From: Actinomycetota bacterium
Lineage (GTDB): Bacteria; Actinomycetota; UBA4738; JACQTL01
Assembly (NCBI GenBank): GCA_046263085.1
Contig: JBHELK010000119.1
Location: 18,109-82,108 of the forward strand
DNA length: 64,000 bases
Direction of reading: 5' to 3'
How positions within the stretch are numbered: position 1 is the first letter of the stretch; every line of letters begins with the position of its first letter. Below are positions 45,857 to 53,761 of the stretch, piece by piece. The position numbers and the translations under genes are program-made. Below the pieces are notes generated by a model. It had not been told where the DNA came from, searched no databases, and saw only the letters and a list, made by a program, of their open reading frames with translations.

Positions 45857-47491
45857 TCAGACCTGGATGGTGGTGACCCTCGTGGCGCAGTTCGCACCGA
45901 AGCAGGCCCTCGCCCACACGTCCCAGGACCCGGGACCGGGCGCGGACAGGACCCCGGCGAAGCGCCCGGTGGAGTCCGCGGTCGTGGTGACGGCGAACAT
46001 CACCTGGCCGAGCGGCGTCCCGGCCGGCGCGATCCCGATCGAGACCTGCCGATCCGGGATCCGGTAGGTGAACGACGTGTCGCTGCCTCCCCACGCCGCC
46101 TGGTCGGCCGTCACCGTTTCGGCACCGGGCGCGATCTGGTACCCGGTCTGGATCGTGGAGAGGTCGCCGGCGGGGCTCTGGTTCCTCGTCAGCACGGCCC
46201 CGGGCACGATCTCGGGCGTGGCGCCGAGCGGCACCTTCACACGGATCGTGTTCGTGGCGACGTCGAAGGAGCCGGTGAGCCAGGCCATGTGCGTACAGGT
46301 GCCGGCGGGGGGGACCGTCGTGTCGATGCACTCCCTGAGCTCGAAGGCATGGCCCGTATTGCCGACTCTGCCCTGAGGATCGGACCGGTCCGTTGCCGAT
46401 AGGTCCGACAGTTTCGCCTGCACCTGGAATTGTTTGCCGCCCGTCCGGAACGGGATCGTGTAGCGAACAGCTTCAGGGAAGCTGCCCGACTCGGGCAATC
46501 CCGTGACGTGCCACTCGAAGAAGACCGAGGGGATGGCGGGATCCGGCTGATAGGCGCTCGCGCCGACCAGGTCGACGCCCGTGTCCTGGGCAGTCTGAGC
46601 GGTGCCGGGCGCGTCACCCGCCGGATCCTGCGCGAGGGATACGGGCGACTCGCCCGCGAACACCGCGCCCCCGGACACGGAGACCTGCGACCCGGATGCG
46701 GTTGCGTTCAGCGAGGGTACCGATGTCGAGGACGACCCAGGCGCAAGGACGCGGACCACGCCGGCATGGCCTCCTCCCCCGGCAGTGCCGTGAACCTTGC
46801 AGTAGTAGAGGTAGACGCCCGGTTTCAGGAAGGTGTGGGAGTACGTCTCTCCCGGCTGCCAGCAGACCTGGGCCGCCGTGGGGCACTGCGGGCTGGAGTC
46901 CCAGGACCCGTCGCTGGCGGTGACGGAGTGCGCCACCTGGCCCGTGTTCCGCCACTCGACGGTGGTTCCCGCCGGTACGGTGAGGTCCTTCGGAGCGAAG
47001 AAGTTGTCTCCGGCGTTCACCTCGATGTCGCCGCCGGACTCCGGCACGGGGGCCGGCCGCGGCAGGATCTGCAGCGAGCCCGTCATGTACGGGTGGATCG
47101 TGCAGATGAACGTGTAGAGCCCTGGGGGCACCTGCTCGACGGGCACCGGGGCGCTCTGACTCACGCCGACGAGGTCGCTGATGAACCAGGGTTGCCCGTC
47201 CGGCCGATGTTCAAGTGACTCGAGGTTGTGAAGGTCACCGTCGAGATTGGTGTGAACCAGGCTGTCCCCCTCGACGATCTGCAGCGGCGGCAAGGGGGCG
47301 ATGTGCGTGTCCCCGGGTACGTACGTGTAGTTGTCGGTGAGGATCTGGTGCGTGGTGGTGTCGCTGCCGGTGGGACTCGAGACGACCGCCGCCGATCCCG
47401 GACCGCCCGCCCAGGCGCGGGCCGACGTCACCGCTCCGGGAACGCCGAGGGCGATCGCGAAGGCAACGACGAGCCGCAACGTCCTCACCAC
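45857..47491 (-). CDS. Secreted protein with two cupredoxin (type-1 blue copper) domains and the C-terminal 'ACFGxxCG' module
   Basis: GTG start at 47491 or 47488, preceded by GGGAGGTG. Signal peptide VVRTLRLVVAFAIALGVPGAVTSARAWA. First cupredoxin: H...YTFICTIHPYM (Cys-His-Met ligand spacing). Second: AHSVT...YLYYCKVHG. The C-terminus (QFQVQAKLSDLS...THMAWLTGSFD...RVKVPLGATPEIVPGAVL...ARACFGANCATRV) is homologous to the module in 36522 and 38629. Confidence 0.7.
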   Translation of the reverse strand: MVRTLRLVVAFAIALGVPGAVTSARAWAGGPGSAAVVSSPTGSDTTTHQILTDNYTYVPGDTHIAPLPPLQIVEGDSLVHTNLDGDLHNLESLEHRPDGQPWFISDLVGVSQSAPVPVEQVPPGLYTFICTIHPYMTGSLQILPRPAPVPESGGDIEVNAGDNFFAPKDLTVPAGTTVEWRNTGQVAHSVTASDGSWDSSPQCPTAAQVCWQPGETYSHTFLKPGVYLYYCKVHGTAGGGGHAGVVRVLAPGSSSTSVPSLNATASGSQVSVSGGAVFAGESPVSLAQDPAGDAPGTAQTAQDTGVDLVGASAYQPDPAIPSVFFEWHVTGLPESGSFPEAVRYTIPFRTGGKQFQVQAKLSDLSATDRSDPQGRVGNTGHAFELRECIDTTVPPAGTCTHMAWLTGSFDVATNTIRVKVPLGATPEIVPGAVLTRNQSPAGDLSTIQTGYQIAPGAETVTADQAAWGGSDTSFTYRIPDRQVSIGIAPAGTPLGQVMFAVTTTADSTGRFAGVLSAPGPGSWDVWARACFGANCATRVTTIQV

Positions 47492-49818
47492 GGGACACCT
47501 CCCTGGATCCTCGGATGCAGGACCACCTTGTTCGGGTCCCACGGGCTCGATCCCCGGCCCTGTTCGAGGATCGTGAAGTGCTCGCCGGTCACCCGTGTCG
47601 CGGTCCCGGTGACCTCGAAGTACGTGTAGGACGCGTTGTTGCCGTCCGTGGTCTCGAGGATGTTGTTCTTCGGGTCCGCGGTGAGCCGCACCACGTAGCG
47701 CCCGTCCCCATTCGCCGCGAAGTTGACGTAGTTGCCGACCCGCTGCCACCGGTAGACGTCCCCCCAGCCGCCCGAGAGCCCCACCATGCTCTGGGACCCG
47801 GACAGGCCGCACCCCGCGACCTTCGAGCTGTCGGTGCGCTGATCGAACGAGTACCAGTTTCCGAAGGACTCGTTCGCAGGGAAGTAGCCGATCTTGCGGC
47901 CCACCCCCGAGGAAGCCAGCGTGCCCGCAGTCGCGTCGGTGACCTTGAAGAGCTCCAGCTTGACGATGTCCTTGACGTGGAGGTGGGCGTGGGTCTCGTG
48001 CCACACCATCTCCCCGGCAGGGCGCGTCTCGAAGGCCGGGGTCTCTCCCGGTCGCTCGACGCACTGGAACGCCGGTCCCGGACCGGCGGTGGTGGCGTTG
48101 CCGTTCCAGTACGCGTCGAACTGACCGTGTCCGACGTTCGATAACCCGAAGGAGAACCGAAGGCAACGCGTGTGGGGGCTGTCCGGGTCCGGGCCATCGG
48201 AGATCAGCTCCTGGGTGGTGTTGTCGCCGAACGTCTCGTCCGGCGAACAGGACGCGGGGTGAACGCCGGCGACGTCGGCCGGGGGGTTCGCCGAGTCCGG
48301 CGCGAAGAAGGGGCCGTTCAGCGGATTCACCGGCGCTGCGAACCCGAGGTCGTACGGCGGGGTCGGCTGGAGGTCCGGGAGCAGCCGGCCGCTCGCGTCC
48401 GGGGCGAAGACGGGGATCTGCGCCTCGAGCTTCGCGCGCATCTGGAACCGGGTGGGGGCGTGCACCGAATACGGGTGCACCAGGATGTCGTAGACGCCCA
48501 CCGGCGGGTTCGCCGTGAAATCCTCCCGGTTGAAGGCGGTGGGATTCGTCGCATCCGTGTGCGCGGGCCCGCTCGGGGGCGTGACCCGGAACGCGAACCC
48601 GTCGCTCCGGGCGGGGACGTCGATGGCGATCCGCAGCCTCGCCGCTCCGGGGGTGTCCACCCTGAGCTTGTAGTCGAAGCATGGGGTGTTGTCGCAGCTC
48701 TGGATGTTGGCGTTGTTGGGCAGGTTGTTGGCGTAGGGGAGCTGGTCGCCGACCTTGCCGCCCGCCCAGAAGACGTAGCTGTCGCTCGCCCGGTCCGTGA
48801 GGCGGAGCGTGGCGACGAGGCCGTCGTCGACCCTCGTGACGCCGCCGAGGCTCCGGATGCCGCAGTTGGCGCCGAAGCAGGCCTTGGCGAAGACGTCGAA
48901 GCTCCCCGGCGCGAACCCGGCCGTGGAGATGGATCCGGAGAACGAGCCGTCGCCGGCGAGCGTCGCCGGGGTCGAGAAGTCGACGCCCGAGGGATCGGTC
49001 CCGGTCGGGCCGATGCCCAGCGTCACCTGCTTGGTCGGGATGGTGAAGGCATAGCTCGCGGACGACGGGTCGCCGAACGAGGCGGTGTCGTTCGCCGCGC
49101 CGACGAAGCCGAGCTGGACGCCGGCCATGATGAGGTTGAGGTCGTCGCTCGTGGCGTTGTTGCGCTCCAGCACCGCGCCGGGAACGAGTTGGGGCGCTGC
49201 GGGCGAGCCCATCGGGACGGAGACCGAGACCGTGGAATAGACGGTGTCGACGGAGCCGGTGAGCCACGCGAGGTGCTGACAGCTGGCGCTACCGGTTCCC
49301 ATGAAGTTCGGCATGCAGTTGCCGAGGAGCTCGTAGGCGCCGTCGATGTGACCGGACCCGCCCTGCGGATCCGTGGCCAGGTTCGAGAACTTGGCCTGAA
49401 CCTGGTACACGGCCTCGCCGGCCTTGAACGGGAAGGTCAGCCGAGTGGCCTCCGGGATCTGCCCGCTTGGCGGGATGCCCGCGAGCTGCCACTGCACGAG
49501 CAGCTGCGGCGTGTCCGGGTCGGGCACGGAGATGTCCGCGCCGATGAGGTCGATGCCGTGCTCGCCGGTGCCGTTGAAGTCACCGACGTTCGGCGTGACC
49601 TGGGCGTCGTTCCCGGGGTCGTCCGCCACCTCGACCGGCCGCTGGCCGCCGAAGACCGCCGACCCCGAGATGGCCATTTCGCCGGAGGTGGGCGTCCCGG
49701 ATACCGCCGTCACCGCGCTCGGTACCGTCGTCTTGTCGCCCGCATCGGCGGACACCGCCATCGCAGGCACGAGTCCCAGCAGCGTGAACGGCACGACGAG
49801 CAGGACGAGCTTCCGCAT
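47485..49818 (-). CDS. Secreted protein: N-terminal 'ACFGxxCG' module fused to a C-terminal domain with a lysyl-oxidase-like His-rich copper motif
   Basis: ATG at 49818 with a GGAGGT RBS. Signal peptide MRKLVLLVVPFTLLGLVPAMAVSADA. The N-terminal half (VYQVQAKFSNLATDP...CQHLAWLTGSVDT...VSVPMGSPAAPQLVPGAVL...FAKACFGANCGI) matches the shared module. The C-terminal half contains MVWHETHAHLHVKD, which resembles the WEWHSCHQHYH copper site of lysyl oxidase. That assignment is tentative. The stop overlaps the downstream start (GTGGTGA). Confidence 0.6.
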   Translation of the reverse strand: MRKLVLLVVPFTLLGLVPAMAVSADAGDKTTVPSAVTAVSGTPTSGEMAISGSAVFGGQRPVEVADDPGNDAQVTPNVGDFNGTGEHGIDLIGADISVPDPDTPQLLVQWQLAGIPPSGQIPEATRLTFPFKAGEAVYQVQAKFSNLATDPQGGSGHIDGAYELLGNCMPNFMGTGSASCQHLAWLTGSVDTVYSTVSVSVPMGSPAAPQLVPGAVLERNNATSDDLNLIMAGVQLGFVGAANDTASFGDPSSASYAFTIPTKQVTLGIGPTGTDPSGVDFSTPATLAGDGSFSGSISTAGFAPGSFDVFAKACFGANCGIRSLGGVTRVDDGLVATLRLTDRASDSYVFWAGGKVGDQLPYANNLPNNANIQSCDNTPCFDYKLRVDTPGAARLRIAIDVPARSDGFAFRVTPPSGPAHTDATNPTAFNREDFTANPPVGVYDILVHPYSVHAPTRFQMRAKLEAQIPVFAPDASGRLLPDLQPTPPYDLGFAAPVNPLNGPFFAPDSANPPADVAGVHPASCSPDETFGDNTTQELISDGPDPDSPHTRCLRFSFGLSNVGHGQFDAYWNGNATTAGPGPAFQCVERPGETPAFETRPAGEMVWHETHAHLHVKDIVKLELFKVTDATAGTLASSGVGRKIGYFPANESFGNWYSFDQRTDSSKVAGCGLSGSQSMVGLSGGWGDVYRWQRVGNYVNFAANGDGRYVVRLTADPKNNILETTDGNNASYTYFEVTGTATRVTGEHFTILEQGRGSSPWDPNKVVLHPRIQGGVPW

Positions 49819-49871
49819 CGGCAAGGACCTCCGGTTGGATGAAGACATTCGACGCGGGCACCCAGCGACCT

Positions 49872-49887
49872 TTGTGCATCGGCACAA
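49872..49887. promoter_or_regulatory. Palindromic putative operator, site 4: TTGTGCA-TC-GGCACAA (one mismatch from the perfect palindrome)
   Basis: Located in the divergent region, 54 nt upstream of the ATG at 49818 (minus strand) and about 90 nt upstream of the S8 protease ATG at 49978. Confidence 0.55.
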
Positions 49888-49977
49888 CGGAAAGAAGGAG
49901 TGCTGCCGGGGCAATCGACGGATGTCCGTGCGCCGCCAGGAGGATTCGGCCCGTCCCTCGCGAAGAAAGTGGAAGAC

Positions 49978-51561
49978 ATGACTGCTCCGACACGCCCATC
50001 CCTGTTCCGGGTGGCCGCCGTGCTGTTCGCCCTGTACGTCGGCGTCGCGGGCCCGGTGCCGGCCGGATCGGCCCACGCCGGCCGAGGGATCGCTCGCTCG
50101 ACAGGCGCCGGCTTCGTGGACCCCACCCTGATCCGAGAGGTGGCAACGGGCCTCCCTGCCACGGTCCTGATCGGTTTCGACGAGCGCCGGACGACCGGCC
50201 CCCAGCTGGTCTCGTACCTGCGCGACCAGGGGATCTCCGCGCAGTCGTTCGAGCGGCTTCCGGTGGCCTACGCATGCGCCGGGTCCCTCGCCACGCTGCG
50301 GACCCTGGCCAGCGCCCCCGGAACGCGCTCCCTCTACGCCGACGCCCAGCTCGAGACGGCGCTCGACAAGAGCGTCCCGACCGCCATGAACGGCGATCCG
50401 CACAACGTGTGGGACGGCCTCGGCATCACGGGCAAGGGCGTGGGTCTCGCGGTCATCGACACCGGGGTCGATGCGACGCACCCCGACCTCCAGTACGGCC
50501 TGCGGACCAAGCTGAACGTCCGGGTCATCGTGGGGCACCGCGACCTGCTGCCGCCGCCGGCCGACCCCTGCGTGCAGGACACGTACACGGCGTCCCTGCA
50601 GGACAGCGAGATCAGCAGCGGCCACGGGACCCATATGGCGAGCGTGGCGGCCGGCGACGGCACGGTCTCGGGCGGCCGCTACACCGGTGTGGCACCCGAG
50701 GCGACCATCATGGGCGTGGCCATCGACGACACGGTCACGCCGAACGTCCGCACCGATGCCACGGGGACCCCGACGGGTCTCTCACTCTTCGGGGCCATCG
50801 CCGGCCTCAACTACGTCGCGCTGAACGGGATCCAGGACGGTGTCAGCCCCGCGATCATGCAGGTCAAGGTGATCCTGGCGGGATGGGTCCAGCACGGGCT
50901 GTACGACCCGTGGCACCCCATGGCCCTCGCGATCCACGACATGTCCGAGCTCGGGATCATCACCGTGTTCCCCGCCGGGAACGACGGCTCGGACACGAGC
51001 GACTGCTCCACGGCCGACACCTGTCACTTCAACATGTGGGGCGCCTCACCCGACGCGGTGACGGTCGCGGCCACGCCGAAGACCTCGCGGACGATCCTCG
51101 AGAGCTACTCCTCCCGCGGCGATCCCCTGGAGCGCACGTTCCACGACGCCACCTTCCGGTACTGGCCCCTCGTGTCGGCACCGGGCACCAACGTGGTCGC
51201 GGCCCGGAGGCCGGGCATCGCGCCCTTCCTGCAGCCGCCGGGATCGTTCCTCGGCGCCCACGGCGACGGCTCCGTGGGCCTCGACCGCCGCTACGTCGCC
51301 CTCACCGGCACCAGCGTGTCGGCGGCGCACGTGGCGGGGGCGGTGGCCCTCATGCAGCAGGCCGCCGTGCAGGCCAAGGGGTGCTACCTCACGACAGCGC
51401 AGGTCAGGGACATCCTGGGGTCCACGGCCACGTCGATGCCGGGCTACGCGCAGTGGCAGGTGGGCCGGGGCGACGTGAATATCACCGCAGCGGTCCTCTC
51501 GGCCCGCTCGGCCCCCGCCATCCACAACCCCGAACCGTGGATGTGCCCGGGCTCGGCATAA
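49978..51561 (+). CDS. Secreted subtilisin-like serine protease (peptidase S8)
   Basis: Catalytic triad motifs AVIDTGVD (Asp), SGHGTHMAS (His) and LTGTSVSAAHVAGAVAL (Ser). Start trimmed to MTAPTRPSLFRVAAVLFALYVGVAG (signal peptide). Confidence 0.85.
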   Translation: MTAPTRPSLFRVAAVLFALYVGVAGPVPAGSAHAGRGIARSTGAGFVDPTLIREVATGLPATVLIGFDERRTTGPQLVSYLRDQGISAQSFERLPVAYACAGSLATLRTLASAPGTRSLYADAQLETALDKSVPTAMNGDPHNVWDGLGITGKGVGLAVIDTGVDATHPDLQYGLRTKLNVRVIVGHRDLLPPPADPCVQDTYTASLQDSEISSGHGTHMASVAAGDGTVSGGRYTGVAPEATIMGVAIDDTVTPNVRTDATGTPTGLSLFGAIAGLNYVALNGIQDGVSPAIMQVKVILAGWVQHGLYDPWHPMALAIHDMSELGIITVFPAGNDGSDTSDCSTADTCHFNMWGASPDAVTVAATPKTSRTILESYSSRGDPLERTFHDATFRYWPLVSAPGTNVVAARRPGIAPFLQPPGSFLGAHGDGSVGLDRRYVALTGTSVSAAHVAGAVALMQQAAVQAKGCYLTTAQVRDILGSTATSMPGYAQWQVGRGDVNITAAVLSARSAPAIHNPEPWMCPGSA

Positions 51562-51670
51562 CGCCCAGCGCGTCAGCCGGACCCCGACCGGATCCCCGCC
51601 GACTGCTTACGCGATCGTGACCGGCGTGCCGGCCCACGACGGCGTTACGCGGATGTGGTGAAATCAAATC

Positions 51671-52792
51671 GTGACCGAGAAGGGGCTGGCCGAGGTCGTC
51701 GCCGCGCAGACGGCGCTCTCCGACATCGACGGCAAGCTGGGCAAGCTGTCCTACTGCGGCTACGACATCCACGACCTGGCCCAGGGATCGACGTTCGAGG
51801 AGTGCGTCTACCTCCTCCACCACCAGCGGCTGCCGAATCAGAACGAGCTCGACGAGCTCTGCGAGCAGTTGGTGGCGGAACGGGAGATATCCGGGTTCCT
51901 GCGCGACCTGATGGCCACGCTCGCCCAGCAGACCTCGCCGATGTCCATGCTGCGGACCTCGATCTCGGCGGCGTCCGCCTACGACCCCGACGGGTGGGAC
52001 CAGTCGCCCGAGGCCAACGCGCGCAAGGCCATCCGCCTGATCGCGCGCATCCCCACGCTCATCGCGTCCTACGACCGGCTGCGGTCGGGGCGCGAGGTCG
52101 TCGAGCCCAACGAGAAGCTGCCCCATGCCGCGAACTTCCTGTACATGCTCCTGGGGGAGGAGCCCGAGCAGGAGGCCGCCCGGGCCCTCGACGTCACGAT
52201 GATCCTCTACGTCGATCACACGATGAACGCGTCGACGTTCACGGCGCGGGTCATCGCCTCGACGCTCTCCGACATGCACTCCGCCGTCACCGGTGCCATC
52301 GCCGCGCTGAAGGGGCCGCTGCACGGCGGCGCCAACGAAGAGGCCTGGAAGATGATCGAGGAGATCGGCGAGGTCGACCGCGCCGAGAGCTACATCAAGG
52401 ACGCGCTGGCCCGCAAGCAGAAGATCATGGGATTCGGGCACCGCGTGTACAGGACGGAGGACCCCCGCGCCACACACCTGCGGCGGCTGTCACAGGAGCT
52501 CGGGCAGCGTGCGGGCGAGCCGAAGTGGCACGACATCGCGGAGCGCGTGGAGAAGGTCGTGATGGACGAGAAGGGCCTGTACCCCAACGTCGACTTCTAC
52601 GCGGCCACCGTCTACCACTACCTCGGGGTCCCGACCGACCTGATGACCCCGATCTTCGCGCTGGCCCGGATGGCGGGCTGGACGGCCCACATCCGCGAGC
52701 AGTACGCCGACAACCGGTTGATCCGCCCGGAGTCGGAGTACATCGGGCCGCGCGACCAGGCCTACGTGTCCATCGAGGAGCGGAACGGATGA
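51671..52792 (+). CDS. Citrate synthase (short ~373 aa type, CitA/2-methylcitrate-synthase-like)
   Basis: GFGHRVYRTEDPRA with catalytic His, and YPNVDFYAATVYHYLG family motifs. GTG start. Confidence 0.9.
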   Translation: MTEKGLAEVVAAQTALSDIDGKLGKLSYCGYDIHDLAQGSTFEECVYLLHHQRLPNQNELDELCEQLVAEREISGFLRDLMATLAQQTSPMSMLRTSISAASAYDPDGWDQSPEANARKAIRLIARIPTLIASYDRLRSGREVVEPNEKLPHAANFLYMLLGEEPEQEAARALDVTMILYVDHTMNASTFTARVIASTLSDMHSAVTGAIAALKGPLHGGANEEAWKMIEEIGEVDRAESYIKDALARKQKIMGFGHRVYRTEDPRATHLRRLSQELGQRAGEPKWHDIAERVEKVVMDEKGLYPNVDFYAATVYHYLGVPTDLMTPIFALARMAGWTAHIREQYADNRLIRPESEYIGPRDQAYVSIEERNG

Positions 52793-53253
52793 GGGTCTCC
52801 GACATCATGACCCAGGCCGCCGTCTCCGATCAGGCGGACGACTCCCTGGCCGACGCGGCCCGCAGGATGTGGGAGCAGCAGACGGGGTCGCTCCTCGTGA
52901 TGGAGGGCGGCGGGCTGGTCGGCATCATCACCGAGCGCGACATCCTGAAGGCGGTCGCCACGGGCACGGAGCTCGAGAAGACCACCGTCGAGCAGGTCAT
53001 GGTCCGCGACCTCGTCACGATCCATCCCGGGGCGTCCCTGCGCGAAGCGGCGAGGGTGATGAACGACAAGTGGATCCGCCACCTGCCCGTCATGGACGGC
53101 ACCAAGCTCGTCGGCATCCTGTCCCAACGCGACCTGGCCGGTGTGCTCGGCACGGCGCTGAACGAGCCGGAGGCGCTCGAGCAGCTCATCGACGCGAGCG
53201 AGCTGGCCCGGGAGCGCCGGCTCTCGCGGATCGAATCCGGCGTCTGGGACTGA
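52789..53253 (+). CDS. CBS-pair domain protein
   Basis: Two CBS motifs are present: VGIITERDILKAV and VGILSQRDLAGVL. The ATG overlaps the citrate synthase stop in an ATGA arrangement. Confidence 0.75.
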   Translation: MRVSDIMTQAAVSDQADDSLADAARRMWEQQTGSLLVMEGGGLVGIITERDILKAVATGTELEKTTVEQVMVRDLVTIHPGASLREAARVMNDKWIRHLPVMDGTKLVGILSQRDLAGVLGTALNEPEALEQLIDASELARERRLSRIESGVWD

Positions 53254-53269
53254 CCCCGACCCCGATCGT

Positions 53270-53731
53270 CTAGCCGGAGAAACCCCCCGCGGGCGGCGGT
53301 GGCTGCGCGGCTCCACCGGGGGCCGTTCCGCCTTGGCCCGCCCCGGCACCGGCGGCGTAGCGCTCCCAGATCTTGTTCAGGCCGCTCTGGTAGTACGCCG
53401 TGTGGAGGCTGTACACGAGGTAGCACAGGATCCCGAGCACGGGAGAGACCTGCTGCTGCACCCCCGCCTTCTCCTGCATGCGATCGATGCGCTCGCCCGT
53501 GCGGTAGATGCTCACGAACGGCGGGATGATGAGGATGAATCCGGGGATCAACGCGAGCACGGAGACCCCGGGCTTGATGTTCTCGTCCCCCAGGTACTGC
53601 TTGGCTTCCTTGTTGACCTTGTAGTACCAGACGAAGCCGTAGATCGACAGCGTGATGAACGTGAGGCCCCACACGCCGAGTGGGCTGCGCTTCTTGAACT
53701 CGTACCCGCCGATGCTGAGCGTCTCTGCCAT
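53270..53731 (-). CDS. DUF4234-like small membrane protein
   Basis: GLTFITLSIYGFVWYYKVNKE and the ...ILIIPPFVSIYRTG pattern are typical of DUF4234. Third-position GC bias is strong. It is the last gene of the purN-purH-folD-metF string. Confidence 0.6.
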   Translation of the reverse strand: MAETLSIGGYEFKKRSPLGVWGLTFITLSIYGFVWYYKVNKEAKQYLGDENIKPGVSVLALIPGFILIIPPFVSIYRTGERIDRMQEKAGVQQQVSPVLGILCYLVYSLHTAYYQSGLNKIWERYAAGAGAGQGGTAPGGAAQPPPPAGGFSG

Positions 53732-53761
53732 CTCCGGCCCCTTTCCCGCGTTTCGGGCAGC

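Noticed and set aside
29787-49887. Assignment of the TTGTGCA-N2-TGCACAA palindrome to Rex, CRP/FNR or CopY
   Set aside because: The half-site and spacing differ from the Rex box (TTGTGAA-N4-TTCACAA), from CRP (TGTGA-N6-TCACA) and from the CopY box (TACA-N2-TGTA). I therefore leave the regulator unassigned.
45857-50634. Very long minus-strand ORFs 45857-49267 and 47485-50634 as single genes
   Set aside because: Each contains an internal start with an RBS and a signal peptide. Upstream of that start the translation turns into Arg/Gly-rich noise overlapping the neighbouring real gene. They were trimmed to 45857-47491 and 47485-49818.
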